Part shown: piece after piece, positions 62,374-64,000 of the stretch | Numbering within the stretch: the stretch's first letter is position 1 | Layout: the number at the start of each line of letters is the position of its first letter | Assembly: GCA_963803805.1 (NCBI GenBank) | Contig: CAWDOD010000011.1 | Coordinates: 288,001-352,000, forward strand | Length of the DNA stretch: 64,000 nucleotides | Reading direction: 5' to 3' | Source of the DNA: an uncultured cyanobacterium | GTDB taxonomy: Bacteria; Cyanobacteriota; Cyanobacteriia; Cyanobacteriales; CAWCAG01 | Program-made: the position numbers and the translations under genes | Notes under the pieces: generated by a model | Told to the model about the DNA's origin: nothing | The model's input: only the letters and a program-made list of their open reading frames with translations | Database searches by the model: none

Positions 62374-64000
62374 TCACTCAGAAGAATCAGCAATAACCGC
62401 AGAAGAACGACGACGGCGACGGCGAATAACTGGACGATCATTATTTTCTACTTCTGATTCTTCTTTGCTATTACTATTTTCACCATTATTCTGATTAACC
62501 TCTACTATTGTCTGCTCTTCTGAAGTATCTGTGGTTACTACACTTTCCTCTTCCACATCATCTAATTCTTCAGTCTCTTGTTCTACTTCCCCTGGAAGCT
62601 TAACAGAAACAATTAAAGGCTTAGAATCTTTGCCGTCACGATCTAGACGAACTTTAGGAGAAATACCCATCAAAGCATACATATTCTGTTCTAGTTCGCT
62701 CATTTCTACCAAAACTTCCTCTGGCGGTTCTTCATCTCGTCGGGAAATTCGATTGATTTGTGGTCTTTCGATTCTATCTGAGGCACTATCATACCCTGTT
62801 TCTAAATCCGATTTAGGATCTTTTAAGGAAATGGTACGTTTAACTTTAGGAGGGGTTTCCTCTTTACCTAAAGCATCGTTAAGACGGCGACTGGTGCGAC
62901 GACGACGGCGATTGTTGTTGGCAGTATTTTGTTCTTGATAGCTAGGATGATTGAGGAGATCGATATCTTGCTCTTCTTCTTCGTTAGCTAAGTCAAAAAG
63001 TGCTTCTATTTCTTCTGAGCGATTCTCTACTGGCTTGATAGTATTAACAGTAACTACCGGAGTAATTACATCAGGAATTTGTTGTTGGGTTTCTCCAGGA
63101 AGTTTGACTAAATGTCCCATACCACTACAGGTAGGGCAAGTTTCACCAAACAATTCATAGATGTTTTTGCCTTGGCGTTTGCGGGTTAATTCCACTAAGC
63201 CTAGTTCCGAAAGTTGAGCAATTTGTGGTCTAGCTTTATCGGCTTTTAAGGTGTTGTTAAAATGTTCTAACAGTTTAAGCTGATCACGGCGAGAGTCCAT
63301 ATCGATGAAGTCTACGATAATGACACCGCCAATATTTCTGAGGAGTAGTTGGTGAGCGATTTCTGTGGCGGCTTCGCAGTTAGTCCAAAGGACTGTCTCT
63401 CTAGAAGTAGCAGAACGAGTAAATGAACCGGAGTTAACATCTATTACCGTAAGGGCTTCTGTTGGTTCGATGATGACGTAACCGCCAGAAGGCAAGTCTA
63501 CTCTAGGTTTCAGGGCTTCTCTAATGGCAGCGTTAACCCGGAAGTATTCTAAAATGGGTAGGCGTTCTTGATGGTGATCAATTAGTACTCCTTCAGGAGC
63601 CTTACCGCCACTCCAATTCATCAATTGCTGCTTGACTCGCTTTAAACCAGTGTGAGAGTCAACTACGATGCGGTTAACGTCCGCTGTATAAATGTCCCGT
63701 AAAACCCTTTGAATGAAGTCGTCATCACGATTTAACAGGGCAGGAGGACGGGTGGAGTTGGCTTGTTGCTGAGTAACTTCCCACTGAGTTTGGAGAGATT
63801 CCAAATCTTCCATGATAGTTTCTTCATCTTTGCCTTCGGCTTCTGTTCTTACCAATAAGCCCATACCAGCAGGTTTGATTAAGACAGCTAATGCCCTTAA
63901 GCGACTGCGTTCCCCTTCGTTTTTGATTCTTCGGGATAAGTTAACTCCTTTACCATAAGGCATTAAAACCAGGTAGCGACCAGGTAAAGAGATATTCCCT
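62374..64000 (-). CDS. rne: Ribonuclease E/G, 5' end lies outside the window
   Basis: LPSGG..IIEPTEALTVIDVNSG, IIVDFIDM, C..C.G.G, Arg-rich C-terminal RRRRRRSSA. Confidence 0.95.
   Translation of the reverse strand, partial: GNISLPGRYLVLMPYGKGVNLSRRIKNEGERSRLRALAVLIKPAGMGLLVRTEAEGKDEETIMEDLESLQTQWEVTQQQANSTRPPALLNRDDDFIQRVLRDIYTADVNRIVVDSHTGLKRVKQQLMNWSGGKAPEGVLIDHHQERLPILEYFRVNAAIREALKPRVDLPSGGYVIIEPTEALTVIDVNSGSFTRSATSRETVLWTNCEAATEIAHQLLLRNIGGVIIVDFIDMDSRRDQLKLLEHFNNTLKADKARPQIAQLSELGLVELTRKRQGKNIYELFGETCPTCSGMGHLVKLPGETQQQIPDVITPVVTVNTIKPVENRSEEIEALFDLANEEEEQDIDLLNHPSYQEQNTANNNRRRRRTSRRLNDALGKEETPPKVKRTISLKDPKSDLETGYDSASDRIERPQINRISRRDEEPPEEVLVEMSELEQNMYALMGISPKVRLDRDGKDSKPLIVSVKLPGEVEQETEELDDVEEESVVTTDTSEEQTIVEVNQNNGENSNSKEESEVENNDRPVIRRRRRRSSAVIADSSE

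Overview
AT-rich cyanobacterial chromosomal window (frequent HIP1 octamers GCGATCGC, heptamer tandem repeats, ndhL, hetZ/patU). Most of it is housekeeping: proA, amiC-murI-sds-hetZ-patU, ruvA, valS with a CAAD membrane domain, rpsL-rpsG-fusA-tuf-rpsJ, pheA, rnhB, rne. The stand-out is a nine-gene minus-strand redox cluster (33071->24810). In order it encodes a membrane-anchored globin, a pentaheme cytochrome c with a CX4CH motif, a hexaheme cytochrome c with HAO-like motif spacing, a monoheme DUF3365-like lipoprotein, a 4-His di-heme-b-like membrane protein, a second globin, its own ResB/CcsA heme-attachment pair and a Tat-exported Rieske lipoprotein. Upstream lie a canonical NtcA class II promoter (GTA-N8-TAC-N22-TATATT) and a second CRP-family-like site. 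I infer a nitrogen-regulated, trans-membrane nitrogen-oxide redox system; its function is not demonstrated. Also present: two tandem hybrid kinases sharing a ~1.4 kb near-identical block, an ArsR pseudogene missed by the ORF track, single-base homopolymer frameshifts in hetZ and rnhB (possibly sequencing errors), a MITE-like element and an Rpn-family nuclease. No rRNA, tRNA or CRISPR array was seen. Family assignments come from motif recognition by eye, not database searches.
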